Counted from the first letter of the stretch, positions 21,989 through 36,151 are shown. The stretch is DNA of 64,000 nt from Takakia lepidozioides (GCA_030704615.1 CM060734.1:35402001-35466000), one strand, 5' to 3'. A program made the numbers and translations. Notes: generated by a model not told the origin, from the sequence alone.

Positions 21989-22190
21989 GTGGTGTTGGTT
22001 ATTCCTATTTGCGAGTTCTCAAAGCAAAATTGGGTGAAAAGTGACCTTAGGAATAGATTGAAGTTGAGGATTTTGGATGAGTCTCTTTATGTTGGCTCGA
22101 AGTGGAGGCTATGGATTGGACTGCCGTTTTTTAGATTTGGATTGCATGAAGAAACGTCGAGCTGTTCCATTGGAAATGGATCAGATTGAA
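21989..22190 (+). pseudogene. hAT transposase C-terminal dimerisation domain remnant
   Basis: VLVIP..CEFSKQNWVKSDLRNRLKLRILD resembles the hATC motif CERxFSxxxxxKxxxRNRL. Confidence 0.7.
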
Positions 22191-25084
22191 CTTCTCTCAT
22201 AGCTTTATCGTATGTGGACTTGTGGAATGTGAAAAGACTTTCATTTCAAGTGTATTGTACAGCAAAATTATTTTTACGTTACATGCACGCTCGCCGAATG
22301 GCCGCCAAAAAAAGATGAAGGGATGTCAAAATTACAGCCCTTCAACATGAAAATTTTAGGAAACTTGCAAATGCAACTCTAAGGTGCCCTTCAACCTGAA
22401 CACTAAATTGGTGGTTGGTAAAAAAGGGGAATATGAAATTTAGTCGGGAATGTAGCCTGTCAACAGGGTCTAATCCCTGCAGGCTCGACAGGAAATGCAA
22501 TGAGGCCTGTCAACAGTATCTAATCCCTGCAGGCTCCACATGAGCCCAGGCTGGTAATCTGCACGTGGGTCTCTCGACGTACATTAACTCACAGAGAAAG
22601 GACGAGCCACTGCACTTGCTCAATCCGGATACAGCGGTGACGACGAGTCAGTTGATTATGTATGCAAAGCAAAGCGTGAACGTCTCGGAAAGATTTTGGA
22701 GCGGGACCGATGCCACTGGCGGAGCAGTTTCGTGATGTCTTTCCGTGATTTTGAAATCCATATCTTTATCCCTCCTCATAGCCTCATATATCTGGGACCC
22801 TCCCACCTAAAGTTGTCTGGCAACGCTTGAAATACGGTTTGGTAAATCTTCTCTCCACTCTAAAACTCTCGTGAACATCCTCAAGAATTTTCGAGTTCAA
22901 CATAGATAACATTGGAGTAGGTAGTGCCACCAGTCGATCTCTATTTTTACCTCTGCCTTCCACCCTCCCATCGAACCAAACCACCTCTCTTTTGTTGTCT
23001 AAACTGCTTAACTGCATTAGTTGAACTATCACTCCTATCCTCGTAGGATCCTCATTGCCTAGTTCTTAGACTGAACTACAGAGGTTCTCTCCATTCTGCC
23101 TGCCCCAGACATATCCCTCGTGCATTGAAACGTTGAATTTGGGCCACGAAAGTGTACAGTGTACACCTAATTAAATAGTTGGAAATTTGTAGTAAAGGCC
23201 CGGCTGCGACTTGAGAACTTTAGGACTTCATTTCGAAAATGAGCTGGAAACTTCAAGGTTGTAGCTGAGCGAGAGAAACGAAACCTTGATCCAACCCATG
23301 TACACGACACTTGTCCAGTCACTGTGGAATGCATGATAGTCCAATAGAATAGGGCCCAGGGGAGAGAGACCCACCACTCCCTAACTTACTAGCAACGAAG
23401 GATTCCCTCTCGAGACTGGCAATGGGCATGTGTTATTCCACAGTCATATGATTGTCGTGAAATCCGGAGCAACGGCCCGCACTGACTCTGTCAGTGAGAA
23501 TGAGGGAGGTGATCTCTACTGACTCCTGACATATACAGGGACCAACCCGTGCGTTACAAACGTATTGTAACCGGTCAACAAAATTTTGTCTCAGGGTGAT
23601 TGATGATGACAACTTGATTTAACAGGTTCGATCAAATGTTGTTCAGATGTCCTTTGCAGTCCAAAGCTCTCAAGAACTCAAAGCATAAACAATTCCGCCC
23701 CAATGACATGATTCGAAATGAACATGTTCCTGGCCCCTCCATTTCAAATCACTTCAGTGCACGACAGTCTGCCAATGCCTGAGGAACCGAGCTTTCATGA
23801 CTTCTTTAAATAATCAGTAAATAATATGAATGATCATTTGGCCACCACTAGATAGAGCTATCCGAGACGAAGGTGAACAAAAGTTTTTGACAGTGTACTC
23901 AATGCCAAAGCTCAGGGGCTCTGGGCACCGTGTGTCTTATTTGATCCTGCACGATTGTCCTACACTGCGTGATGGTATGGATGCAATTAAGATTTGTCAG
24001 CGCTCACGGGAAGATCTTGGGCCCTACTACCTATTTCATAATGGTTACGGAGTGAGATGTCACTGGCATCTATAGCACCGTGGTATAAAACTTCGCTGAT
24101 TGCAGTTTCAGCAGTCAAGTGCAAGTTGCTCTAATCACCCGGCAGTTCCCTCGCACCAGTTGTCAGTACTAGGTTGTTGACCAAATTCACAGGATCTGCA
24201 GGCATGTTTGAATTACTTTCACTGCTCGTCCCGTACATCGAATCTCGTGAAAGTGCATCAAAAGGAAGAGAGAGGGAGAGAGAGAGAGAGGAAATGATGA
24301 AAAACTTTAGGATTTGATTCCACCTCCGAACAGTACAATGGAGCTAGTTAGTTTGTGTGTGTGTGAGAATACAAGAGAGAGAAAAGTCATGCGTCTCACA
24401 GCTCGGACCCTGGAGGCCAATTGAACAACAACCACTTCTCTAGCGAATTCCAGCTGTACATACAATATCGTTGCACGTGACGGCCAGATGTCTCTGAGAA
24501 GTTTTCATGATAGCCAAAACATTTGTTCAAAGAAATAGGGGCGAGAATTAAAACCTTCTGAGGAGGAAACATGCGTACAGACAATGCCTTACATGAGCAC
24601 AGGTCTATAGAGTGAGATCTGAGCTGTGTCTGATTGATAGATAGCGGAACTCGTGCAGTCTGTAGTCCTTGCAAGCCACAGAGTTCAGCTAGCTATCTAG
24701 CATGTGCAGCACTTGCCAAACACACACTGCAAAGAATAAAGGTTGGGGTAACCTAGATATGCAAAACATTTGGTTATCTGAATAAGATGAAAATTTGACT
24801 TGAAGAAAAGAAATTTCTGCACGAGACTCAGTGGAAATTGGGAGATAACACTTACAAGTGTCTAGAATCAATTGATTCCCAGCTAGATATCATGCCCGAC
24901 AGTAGGTGAAAATCACTACGGCTGAACTGTACTGGATACGTGCCTGCCACAAGCCTCCCACAAGTTCTCTCGTCCAGTGTTGATCTGCAGGCTGGCCTGC
25001 GAACTTCACACACCTTACATCGCCGGATTACATTATTTATCGTGTTGTGCGCCGTTGTCGTCCATGAGTCGAATATTTGTCTTG

Positions 25085-26300
25085 TCGGCTGCTCTTGTGC
25101 ATCGTGGAGACCTGCATCTCCATGTTTGCCTAAGTGGGTTCCATGCCCCGTCAAAGTCAAATATGAAGATGCAGTACTCCAAGATGCAAGAGGACAACAG
25201 GCACAAAGTTGGTGTTAACCCCTCGGAACATGACTAGAGGCTGGCAGTTGTTTCGAACAAAGATTTTGCATATACATGCAAACGAAATCCGAAAACAGGT
25301 GATAACAAAATGCGGTCAGCTTGTGCGCAGCACTGCAAATGTGAATTTGTGCAAAGTGTGCACTAGTCTTGAACATCGAGCTCTTTTACTACAGGTCTCG
25401 TCTCGCTGAGTCGACGTCAGCTCGCGGAGTTGTCTGAAGTCTGAAATCCGCACGCCACCAGTCTGTCCTAAATCCCCTCCTGAATTGTAACTTCAAATGC
25501 GCATCACACTCCGAATTAGATCAACATTGCACCGTGGTCCCCGGAAATCTTCAGTGGACGTCCAGTATCTTCCAAAGGTGGAGCTTGCAAACCCGCAACC
25601 TGTCCACTGTCGATCAGTGCATATCTCTTGTCAGCTGCCCTCATGCATCGTGGAGACCTGCATCTCCATGTTTGCCTAAGTGGGTTCCATCCCCCGTCAA
25701 AGACAAATATGAAGATGCAGTACTCCAAGATGCAAGAAGACAACAGGCACAAAGTTGGTATCGTCCTCGGATCATGACTTGAGGCTGGCAGGGTTATTCT
25801 TCAACTGGTAAACTAGACCAAGGGTTTACTTATTAGTCGAAGTTCGGAAACAGGGATACTGCAATAAAATACGTGTACCTCAATCGTCAGCTTCTTGCGC
25901 GGCACTCGAATGTGAATTTGTGCAAAGCCTGCACTAGTCTTTGATGTCCAGGTCTCTTTACTACTTAGCTTCGCTGAGTTGATGCAAGAACTCTGCACGC
26001 CACCAGTGATCGGTTCTGAATCCCATGCTGTTCAAAATGTTACTCAAATGAGCTCACCATCCAAATAAATTCAACAGTGCACAGGTCTCAAGTGGTCCCA
26101 GGAAATCTTTGACTAGCCCAATACCTTGGTGCAGCAACCTATCCCCTGCCGATCAGTGCATTAGTCTTTGTCAGCTGCCCTTATGCATCGTGGAGATCTG
26201 CATCTCCGCGTTTGCCAAGATGGGTTCCATCCCCCGTCAAAGACAATTTACACAAAGATGCAGTACTCCAAGATGCAAGAGGACAGCGGACACAAAAGGC
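25085..26300. repeat. Diverged tandem duplication, ~545-bp period, ~2.3 copies
   Basis: GCATCGTGGAGA(C/T)CTGCATCTCC..GATGCAGTACTCCAAGATGCAAGA recurs at ~25100, ~25645 and ~26185. Confidence 0.9.
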
Positions 26301-27549
26301 GCCTGAACTCCGCAACCAAAAAAACGATCCCAAATCCAGACAAGACACAGAAAAGTGCATGTACACATGCATACACGCGCAGACAAGTATGGAGAGACTG
26401 TAGAAGGAAGCTCCGGCGAGCAAACTTTATAAAGGGGAAGCCGCAGCGAGCTCACAGTTAGTGCATTAAACAGGGGGTAATCCCCCACGCCGCACGACTG
26501 CGGCTTCACCCACGTCCCTTACCGTGACGGCGCTGGGCCACCCACTGCGGGTGCGGCTGCGCTCCCTCGGCTTTCGCCACCCGCGTTTCCCCCGCTCACG
26601 GAATCCCCTTCTGTCCTCCTTTCAATCTCCTCTTCCTTTCTCTCTCTCTCTATCTCTTTTTTATCATTTCTTTTTCTCCAAGACTCCACCTGTGTCACGA
26701 GATCTTTCCTTCGAAACTTCCCAAGCTGTCAGTCACTCCACTGCTGTGGTATCCGTGCTCCATTCCACCATCATGTCTGTTGTATTGTTGTGGTACCAAA
26801 GTGCGGTGGAATCGATCTTGAAATGCTACCGTTCATGATTTCCCTATTCCACCGTTTAATGCAGCATTCCGCTGATGTAAGTCGAAGTAGAAGTACATAC
26901 TTGAATTGGGGGTTGATGGAACATGGTATCCCAGTTTTGAATGATCCCACATGCGGAGGGAGAATGACAGTGGCCACAGAGAGCATTGATGAGTCCCATG
27001 GTAACTACCACTTTTGGAAGTGAGGAACATCCTCCCTTAAATGCTCAAGTTGCCAATGGGTTTGCAGGGGGTTTTCCTTTGCAAATAGACTGACAGTTTA
27101 TTTCTGTTAGGTGAGTCAGGTCGAGATGATCAATTCAGCCACGAGAACTGATGAGGGTAGGTGATTGGTTATCCGTTGAATGAATACATACATGCCGTGT
27201 GCCTCTAAAATGGGGGCTTAGCAACTGTCCATTTAATGACGACAATTATAGTCTTTGCTTGCATGCTAACCACCGGCAGAAAAATATTTGGTCAGATCAA
27301 ATGAAGTCGGTCAAAATTTGGTCACTGGACTTCGGTAGCACTGCCAATGAGAAGCTTTGCGAGACTAGTTGAGTAAATGGGCCAAGCCCAAACTGTGTAG
27401 TGGATTGCGTCGTTTACTCATTCCACATTCGGTACCGTTAACATGACCGTTAACATGACTTTGATATCTCTTCCGTAAGAAATCTATTGTCGTTTTAACT
27501 TTTAGGAGTTTTCCGGGTAAATTTGGAGGGTTCTTTGTTCTTTGTGATT

Positions 27550-27780
27550 GTCTTTTGTGGGTTTTTCTAAGACTTTCCTCCTGATGTGGGCTTTTGTAAA
27601 GACTTTCCTCGTGATGTGGGTTTTTTTAATATCTTTCCTCGTGATGTGGGTTTTTGTAAAGACTTTCCTCCTGATGTGGGTTTTTGTAAAGACTTTCCTC
27701 CTGATGTGGGTTTTTTTTAATGTCTTTCCTCCTGATGTGGGCTGTTGTAAAGACTTTCCTCCTGATGTGGGTTTTTCCAA
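27550..27780 (+). repeat. 30-bp minisatellite, ~8 copies
   Basis: GACTTTCCTC(C/G)TGATGTGGGTTTTTGTAAA unit; degenerate copies also at ~29035-29090. Confidence 0.95.
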
Positions 27781-27880
27781 GTAATTCCAATGCTTATGGA
27801 ATTTTTGCAGTGTCGGGCTTGATACCCAGACCCTACCAAAATCGATACCAGAGGTGGATTGATATCCGGCGGGTATAAAC

Positions 27881-28245
27881 CAGTGTTGGGCGGGTATATA
27901 TGTTGACATATATACCCGGCCGGGTAATAATCAGGGTTAGGGTTTAGTGTTATGAACTATAAACATTTCAAATACTCTGGGGAGGGTGATTTGGTTTTTT
28001 TTTTTTTTTGAAAAGGAAACCTGGGAGTGACTGCTCACAATTCAGGCCCTTGAGGAGGGGGAAAAATTAACCCCTTTCCGATAAGCCATTGGGCACACAG
28101 GAGGGAAACGTCACCAAGGGTAGATTGATACCGGGCAAGTATATAATTATAGTACAGCACACTTACCATTTTAATCTATACCTGGATTTATCCAGCATTA
28201 TTATTATTTTAATATGCAAGGAAGTGTTTCTGTTATATTTATAGC
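27881..28245 (+). mobile_element. Possible second hAT end
   Basis: CAGTGTTGGGCGG is identical to the first 13 nt of the 10960 TIR, and TTGATACC-like motifs recur nearby. No partner end was found. Confidence 0.45.
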
Positions 28246-28931
28246 GGAAGATAATAGGAATAATGTAAGAACTTAATGGACGCGTGTGATCTGACAGTAC
28301 TTTCGCCGGCTTCCGGCAACCTGGGCTCCTCCGGCACGGCTCCTGTCAAATCCTCCCCACCCCATATTATCTCGGTTTCACTATTATAAATACTCCCAGT
28401 GGGTTGCAAGCTGTGGTGGGTAATGGAGGTGGCGAGGTTCTGGGTTCAGTTCCTGATGGGAGGCTGTGGCAGTGTAACCCCGGTTGTTGTAACCCTACAC
28501 TCAGTGTAACCTTGATTGATGTAACCCTGGTGTAACCCTCTGTAACCTCGATTTCTCATGTAACTCTGGTTGGTCCATTTTATACTTAGTCAAATTTCGA
28601 GACCAAGTGTGGGTTACACCGACTGGACTTACTCCATACTGTGTAACCCTGAGTGGAGTTATACACCTCATCCTGTAACCCGATGTAACCCCAAGTGGAG
28701 TTACATACCTCGTTGTGTAACCCGATGTAACCCCACGTGGAGTTACACACCTCGTCGTGTAACCCAGTGTAACCTAGTGTAACCCCGACTGGGGTTGACA
28801 CTCCTTCAGTTCCATGTCACCCTCAAGAGCGGGTGGGGAAGATATGACATGCCGGAAACTGGAACCGGCGTACCATCCTGTCAGAGGTTGCACGTGTACA
28901 TTAAGTTCTTACATTATTCCTATTATCTTCC
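28246..28931. mobile_element. Mutator-like MITE, 686 bp, ~50-bp TIRs, 9-bp TSD ATTTATAGC
   Basis: ATTTATAGC at 28237-28245 and 28932-28940; TIR GGAAGATAATAGGAATAATGTAAGAACTTAATG; internal TGTAACCC array with ~42-bp periodicity. Confidence 0.93.
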
Positions 28932-31900
28932 ATTTATAGCATTGATACCTGGGGCGGTTAAAAAACATGGTAGAAGCAGCAAGATTAGCCACCAACAAAG
29001 GACATACCGCATCACAGGTTCTTTCTTGTGAATATTTTTTGTGGGTTTCCTTAAAGACTTTCCTCCTCGTGTGATATTTTCTAATGACCTTCATCCTTTT
29101 TGGAACTTTTCGCTTATGAGTCAGACTTCTTTTATAGAATTTTGTGTGGTTGGCGAGGTGACTGTGCAGGAAAGCACAAGACATGGCACGGAAGGAAGGG
29201 AAGATGGAGGCAGCGGATGAGGAGGCCAGCTGTGGCGAGCCACATCGCGGTGCATGGGGTGTTATGGCATCCAGTGACCCACGCAGTAGACGCTGCATGG
29301 TAGCGTAACGGCTCGACATTTTCCTCAAGTAAGATCACGTTGCTTTTGTGGCCAATCATGGCCGAGTTATGAAGAAAGTTCTTGCATGTTGTTGTTTCTG
29401 GCAGGGGGACGATGGTGAGGTGCGGTATGTAGTGGGCTTTGTGAACTGTAGGATTTCTCAGTTTTGGCGTTTTGTGCGCACATTGTGGTGTGTGTGCGGG
29501 TTTTGGAGGGGTTTTGTTGTTGTTTGTGGCGCCTGTTGTCTTGTCGCCGATGCAGAACTCTGCTTATTAGATTGTGTGTGGGGCTCTGCTTTAATTCCTG
29601 GCGCTGGTCTTGTCAGAAGCTTCAAGTGATCTCTCCAGTTGGGGATGTTGCACGTAGTTTTTGCGTTACCATCAATGTGGAGTCGGGAGGTTTCTGTAGC
29701 TAGATGGTGGCTACTTGTCCACGTGGGGTTGTCGTTTTACATCGGCTCCTTCTCAAAGATCAGCTCGCCAGAGCTTACGTCACTAGTATATTTCTCGCAT
29801 GTCCGTATTAGGAGAGCATACTATTTAGTATTCATGATGTGGCATATATAGTAAGACAAGGCAGATCTATAACTGGAACCAACACGGGCCAAGAGGATTG
29901 CTGGGTCGCTGGATGGGAAGAAGAGAGAGTGGGTTGTGAAGCTTTGCATCCTCTTGTCGCCGTAGGGACTCGGGGAACTCAACCATGGTATCAATCTTGC
30001 TGGTGATTATCAGTGTTTACGCCAACAGCTTGACTCCGTCGTTGAATTTTGTGAGAAATTCAACGACGCTAGTATTGGGAGAAAGGCTGCGAATCATGCG
30101 AAAGATCGATTCACACCATCGCAGGACCAGCAAAAGATGTTGCTATTCATTTGAGATTTGTGTTCCAGCGGTCGAGTGCCGAGGAAACTCATTGTCCATA
30201 ACCCTTCCTCCTCCTATTACCTTGGGACCGCAAGATCTGATCATGCGCTTTGTGAATCTGATGAGATACGCATCACATAACGAGTTGGAGGGATTGATGT
30301 ACCTACCTCTGTGAAAAAAAATTGCGGGTGATTGCTGGTCAGTTTACATTCCTGGATTGTGGCCAGGATCTATTCAGTGCCCCAACTGGATGATTCGAAC
30401 TTGTCAAGCCTAATGTACAGACCTATCGAAGTGGGCATATGTCACATTGCTGATCAATTGAGAATCGTAACAAATCGGCAGTTGTCAGTAGTCCCCGACC
30501 CTAGTATTAACACTTGTTACAAGTGTTGATTGTTAGGACTTCCAAGTGACATAGAGCTATGCTCTGGTCTGAAGTCTGAGCATATCCTAGATCATACCAG
30601 CTGGGTACCTACAGGTTTTCTGGCTCTGTAGGGAGTTGTTGAAACGACATACGATGCATCTGATCTGTAAACCCCTTAAGTTGTAGGTGTCTCTCTCTAA
30701 TTCAAGTCACTTGAAATTCGGACTCTGAAGCTTTGACGGAGAAGTTGAGACAGCATTGAACACGACATAGTACCCAACGAGCTACAATGGCGAGGGCCTC
30801 AAAAGCATACGGTTTTACTACTACTTTTCAGTCCGGCCGACCCATTCATTCCTGGCAGCCTCTCCTAGTGCAAATTATCCTTTGCAACTGGTTACCACAG
30901 CGGTGTGGACACGCCCTGCACGAGTGCCGATCTTCACTGACAGACAGGGGATTCCTGATTATTAGTAGACAACTTAAGAGACTGACCACATGAGGAGAAC
31001 AAGGGGCTCTGCCACTGCCTTGCTCTTTTGATTTTAGGGTTGTTGTTTTATACTTTTCCCTATGACTTCATGAATCATGCCCATCGATCCTCCATAGACT
31101 AGGCTTAATGGATTAGCCTAGGCAAGATGTCTCCACAATGCCTCTATCCCTTGTGGGACAAAGCCAATAAAGTTGACATATCAAACTTTCTAGTGCTCAC
31201 AGCATCTGTTGATGTTTGATAAGATCTTCCAAGGACAATCCATAATATAACCATCAAAGTCGAAACAAATCCTTGGTTTTTGTGGGACTTAGACATTTCA
31301 GCTCCATTGGTGTGTTTTGTTGAATGAGCCGATTATGTCAGGTTTTCTTGAGCGGTCTTTGACCTCTTGATCCACGACTTGAATTGAATATCAATTCCAT
31401 CAAGATTTGAACTGCAGAGTGAAAATCACTTTTCACTCCATTTTGAATGCGCAAAATGGCCCTGGATGGGCGCTAAAGTTGCATAAAAGGAATTAATGAA
31501 TGCAAAATTAACCAAGGTTTGAAACCCGGGCCGGTGTCGATAACACCAATTTTGTCAGCACACACAGACACCTAAACTGGACTTGTGGGACGGCGAGGGG
31601 CACAGAGTCGTGCAAGTGGAAGGGCAAAGAGAATGAGAGGCAGGGAGGGATATGACAAGGGAGGAGAGAAGGGAAAAGGAAAGATGGACAGAAGAAGAGC
31701 AGGAACCAGAAGGACAGAGAGAGAACAGAGAAGGCGAAACGAAATCAGGAAAGAAGGAAACTAGGGTGCAAACTGAACATGAGGGAGCAAGAACATAGGC
31801 AGTTGAATTTTTACTGATACTCAAAGCTACGCCTAACTACAAACTCCAGCTTTTCCATCCTTGTGTTTGGCAGGGGAGGAAGCCATCCTCATGATCCTTG

Positions 31901-32250
31901 AAGAACCTAAACACGTCTGTTAATAAATCGCCCCTTCAGATCATCATATCCTACAGCATCGTCAAAGCCAGCCAGCCAACCAAACTGGTGATCTGAAAAA
32001 GAAATCATCCTCATCCCTCCACTACTAACTTACGTACACTTCCATACACAAAACACTCTTGGGCTATAACTTTCAGCTACCAATACATACTGGCCACCCT
32101 CTTGCACAAAGATTTATCAATGCGAGAGCTTAGTCAACTCTTAACTAAGCTGTTGCACAAAGACAGTAAACAGGCTCTGTTTCCATATGGCAAAAGTACA
32201 AGAGTGGGGGTATGGTGCAACCTGGCAGCTTAAGGCATAAAGTCTGTCAA

Positions 32251-35200
32251 TCAAGTCCCAAAACTGCGATCACCAGCGTCACCAAGCCCTGGTACAATAT
32301 ACCTGCAGCCCCATGTCAGCATCCACCCATCTTGTTATTTCCTCTCTTGGTTCTAATGGTTATAGTATGATTTCACATGCACTACTTGAACATCAGTGCA
32401 CACCATGGCAGGCTCAAGAGTAGCACGTACTCCCTCCAGGTCACTCAGCTGCAGTTCAAATCTTGATGGAATTGACATTCAATTCAAGTCGTGAATCAAG
32501 AGGCCAAAGACCGCTAACGAAAACCTGACATATGCACAAATACACATCCACCCAAACACAGGACTGAAATGCTCAAACAGGTTGGTTGCCTTAAGACTTG
32601 TAACCTATACTTATTCCAAAGCTCCTACAGAGCTGAGGTTTTGGCAGCCACTGTGGGTGACTTCAAAGCTTTACTGAGTGCCCAACATGCTCTCATTGCA
32701 GCGCTACCAGGCATGGCAGCATCTTAATACATGGATGGTGTGAAACCTTACCCTTTATCATTCAACTCGGGATCAATAATACCTACGTACACCCGCAGCC
32801 TGCACATCACATCACGGACATACTTCATTACCCATTTTTAACTTCTCCACCCATGGGCAACCAACCACAATTTTACCCACCAACCAGAATAGACACTGAA
32901 TTAGAGAGTTGTGTATCAATACATACCCAGGAAACTTCTCACTCAATAACTTCAATGCTGGTGGAGCAGCAACAGCAGCCACCTACACAGGTAAGCCACA
33001 CAATTAAGTCTTGTTCCTTGTGCACCACAATCTGCAGTTGTGAACAGAAGATATGGGAAAACAGCCACTCCACAAATGACTTCCATCAATTTCACTCACC
33101 ACCCGCATCAGCTTGTGATCAACACCTCGTTTCTTCAGCTCGTCAATGGCAGCAACAATTGTTCCACCTGCCATGCCAACGGCCGCCCTTCATCGATGCT
33201 GCCACCACAGCACAAGCAAAGGATGAAGAGGACCCCGCACAATTGGAAACCTCATATATGTTTAAATTTAGCCTGCAACATTATCCACAATTGCAGGTTC
33301 TCACAAAAGACACCAGACTACCTGTTGCAAGCATGGGATCAGCGACCAGCACCCTTGAACCCTCTGCAAAATGGTCTGGCAGCCTGCATAACATGAAACA
33401 TGCTTCAGCATGATCCCAGCATCCACACTTCATAGCACTGTTGTCATCTGGCCATAAACTGCTTTGCCTTTTGCAACAAATACAGTAGCTTTCTGGCCAT
33501 GACGTGAGCAGCAATCATCCAACTGATTGGCACGATGGGAATAAAAATTCCTTCAGTACTATGATAACACCGTCACTCAACTTGAAGAACCAGAAAAATA
33601 CTATAACTAAGATAAACTAGTGGTTCAACGCACTTGTTCAAATACATGGAAGGTTGAAGGCTTGTCTCATCTCGTACAAATCCTACATCAAACAACCCAC
33701 ACACATATATGAAGACCTTGTCATTCCATCATGAGAGAATGTTTTCCTTGTGAGCAGAAACAACCCTCGGCTAATCTATCTCAGTCACCATATCCTTTCC
33801 TTAGTCATTGACAACTGATGAGGCTACAAATATGACCTCAGATCACCCGCTGCCACAGGGAGAGTGTCTCAGCTTGTAAGACAGGGTAATGGCTGCAAAC
33901 AAGGTTAGGACTAAGGACTCAGAAACAGTGACCTTTTTTGCATGCAACACAGGTAAGACCCTGCAAGATGAGTATTTTAGAAACCAATTGTGCCAAAATG
34001 CCAGACGAGCTATTGTCATGGACAGTGCTAGCACTGACTAAGGGTTGAGTTGAGTGCACACCAAGATGGTAGGTTTGTGTAGCAGGCAGCACTGATGCCA
34101 CATGTTCCACCAACACCAGCCCTGCTCTAAGAATAGGCACCACCTGCCACAGGCCAGTCCTGGTCCAGTCAGCTCCGCCACTTGCAAGTGCCATTAAGTG
34201 GGACTGGCCAACAAACCTTTCATTGTCTTAATTCTTGTAAGCTTTATTCCCGTGAGACATGTGTAAGCCCCCAGCAGATTTCACAGCAGAGCCTGCCACA
34301 AGTGCATTCGAGGCCAGACGGCTTCTCTGTTGTTTTTGCTTTCAACTGTGGGGTGCAGGGCCTGCAGAGGACCTTGGATAGTGACTTTCTTGGAATGATT
34401 CAAAACTGAAACTATGGACCGTGCATTATGACTAGCACACACAATCCTGGCTGGCCTTTCTGGGGTCTGAGTGAACTGAAGGAAAATTTGCAGAAAAAGT
34501 TGAATCCTGAGTCAACCATAAAGAGCTTGGTATAGGCAAATAGGCACAACCAATGCAAGCTTACTTTGACAGGCTCTCTGGGATCAATGAACTCGACTGC
34601 TGCAACCCCACATGGTGTGTCCACTTCGCCGCTCACTGTTACCTGTTGTCCATGTTGATCACCCACTCGTCAAGTTTTACCAGAACCTTTCAATGACCTG
34701 TAAGGCAGACAAGCTTAACTAAGAACAAGATTTTGATAGCAGCCTGGCAGCTTTGGACACACATGGGCTTCCCAGTTGGGTACAGGCTCGAAAGGGTTTA
34801 AGACTTCGAATACCAGATGTACTCGTTTCTCATTCATCTATACAGGGCGAGTCATGCTTTGGCAAACATGCGAATTATGCAATCCTGAATGCTCCAGTTT
34901 GTCTAACCCTTGAGACTTGCAGCAGTAGTTACCAGCCAATCACGTGATGCTTCATAGATGAGAAGCCTGCCTAACTCTGCCATTGCACCTTCTGCACCAT
35001 GCAAAGGCCACAATCACTCTCATTGGCTACCTTCCTGAGTCATGCCTTTCAAAACCTGTTCTCAAGAAAATTTCCAGGAATTTTGCCAGCATATTGAACT
35101 CGCTACACACTGGAAACATTCAAGTTAACAAGTGGATCTTTCACCCTCAGAATCTATCATTCTCAACCATTCCATTGCAGATAGCTTCAGCAAGACTCCA

Positions 35201-36151
35201 ACCTTGCCAGGTATGAGACAATGCAGGAACCTACTAAACATGGGTGGTGGTGTGATGTCATTGCGAAGAACTGACACCCAGTGCTTGATTAAAGGATGAG
35301 GTGGTACATACACCTGCCACACATTGCAAGCAGGTCCAACTGACAGGATTCACTCTTTTGCTTTCAGGCCCAAGACAGCAACATAACACACTTCTGGAGG
35401 TCCGCAACCAGCCTTTTTTTTTTTCATCATTGGTCCACTTGTAAAACCCAACTATGTTTCGTACTTCATTGGCCACCCGAAATAAGGCTGACCTCAAGGA
35501 TACTACGTGCAAACAAACCTGTTTTAACGATTGTGGTGACAAGTAATGCAGTGCACACTGCACACCATAAATTGATCAAGTATAATAACCAAGTGCTCCA
35601 CCTCCCCCCATTGTACATGCAAAAGCACAAGACACGAAAGGGGGCATCGGGCATTAACAGAAACCACGAGCTAAGGGCAACACCACTGGTACCAGCATTT
35701 GGTTTGCACCAATCTGCTTGCCTTCAGTCGTGGCTGCACAACTCCACAGCCATCGCTTTTTCGACCTTTCTATCGGTTGATATCCCCCCGGACGAAAATG
35801 GTGAATTTGTCGAGAGATACAATGCTGCATCATGGACAACCGCCTGAGTTTCCGTGCAAAATATCACATCCCCAAGTTCGTGCGGCGTGCACGTGGACCA
35901 ACCCACCATCTAAATGCCCAAATTCACATTTTCTTTTCCAAACGGCTATACCTTTTGGACACAGGCATCCAGGAAGAACTAGAGGACATCAGCCCAACCC
36001 GAAATTCAATAGAAAGAATTCCCCCAAGCCTTGCCTGCAGCTGCTGCACAGGTGGAATCGTAGAAAGAAGTGCCGATGAGGCCCTCGAGCAGGTGCTGGC
36101 AACGGCAGTGGGCGACAGCAGCAATGCTGGTTGTTGAGGTAGGCCCAGCAT
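32251..36151 (-). CDS. UPP: Uracil phosphoribosyltransferase with probable plastid transit peptide; 11 exons (approx. 36151-35952, 35843-35693, 35313-35235, 34991-34933, 34642-34565, 34143-34062, 33682-33634, 33383-33322, 33167-33100, 32982-32927, 32799-32752) plus terminal 32302-32251
   Basis: VYVPPHPLIKHWVSVLRN, AELGRLLIYEASRDWL, VVPILRAGL, RDETSLQPSMYLNKLP, VADPMLATGGT and YIVPGLGDAGDRSFGT*; GT-AG introns; Ser/Ala-rich N-terminus. Confidence 0.95.

Noticed and set aside
27550-27780. 30-bp repeats as a CRISPR array
   Set aside because: The units are contiguous with no unique spacers, there are no cas genes, and the context is eukaryotic. It is a minisatellite, and the KTHIRRKVF ORF is its by-product.
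27933-27948. Interstitial telomeric repeat
   Set aside because: Only about two imperfect units (GGGTTAGGGTTTAG), compatible with chance or a telo-box.
30531-31545. Possible solo LTR (TGTTA...TAACA)
   Set aside because: The flanks do not form a TSD and there is no second copy in the window.
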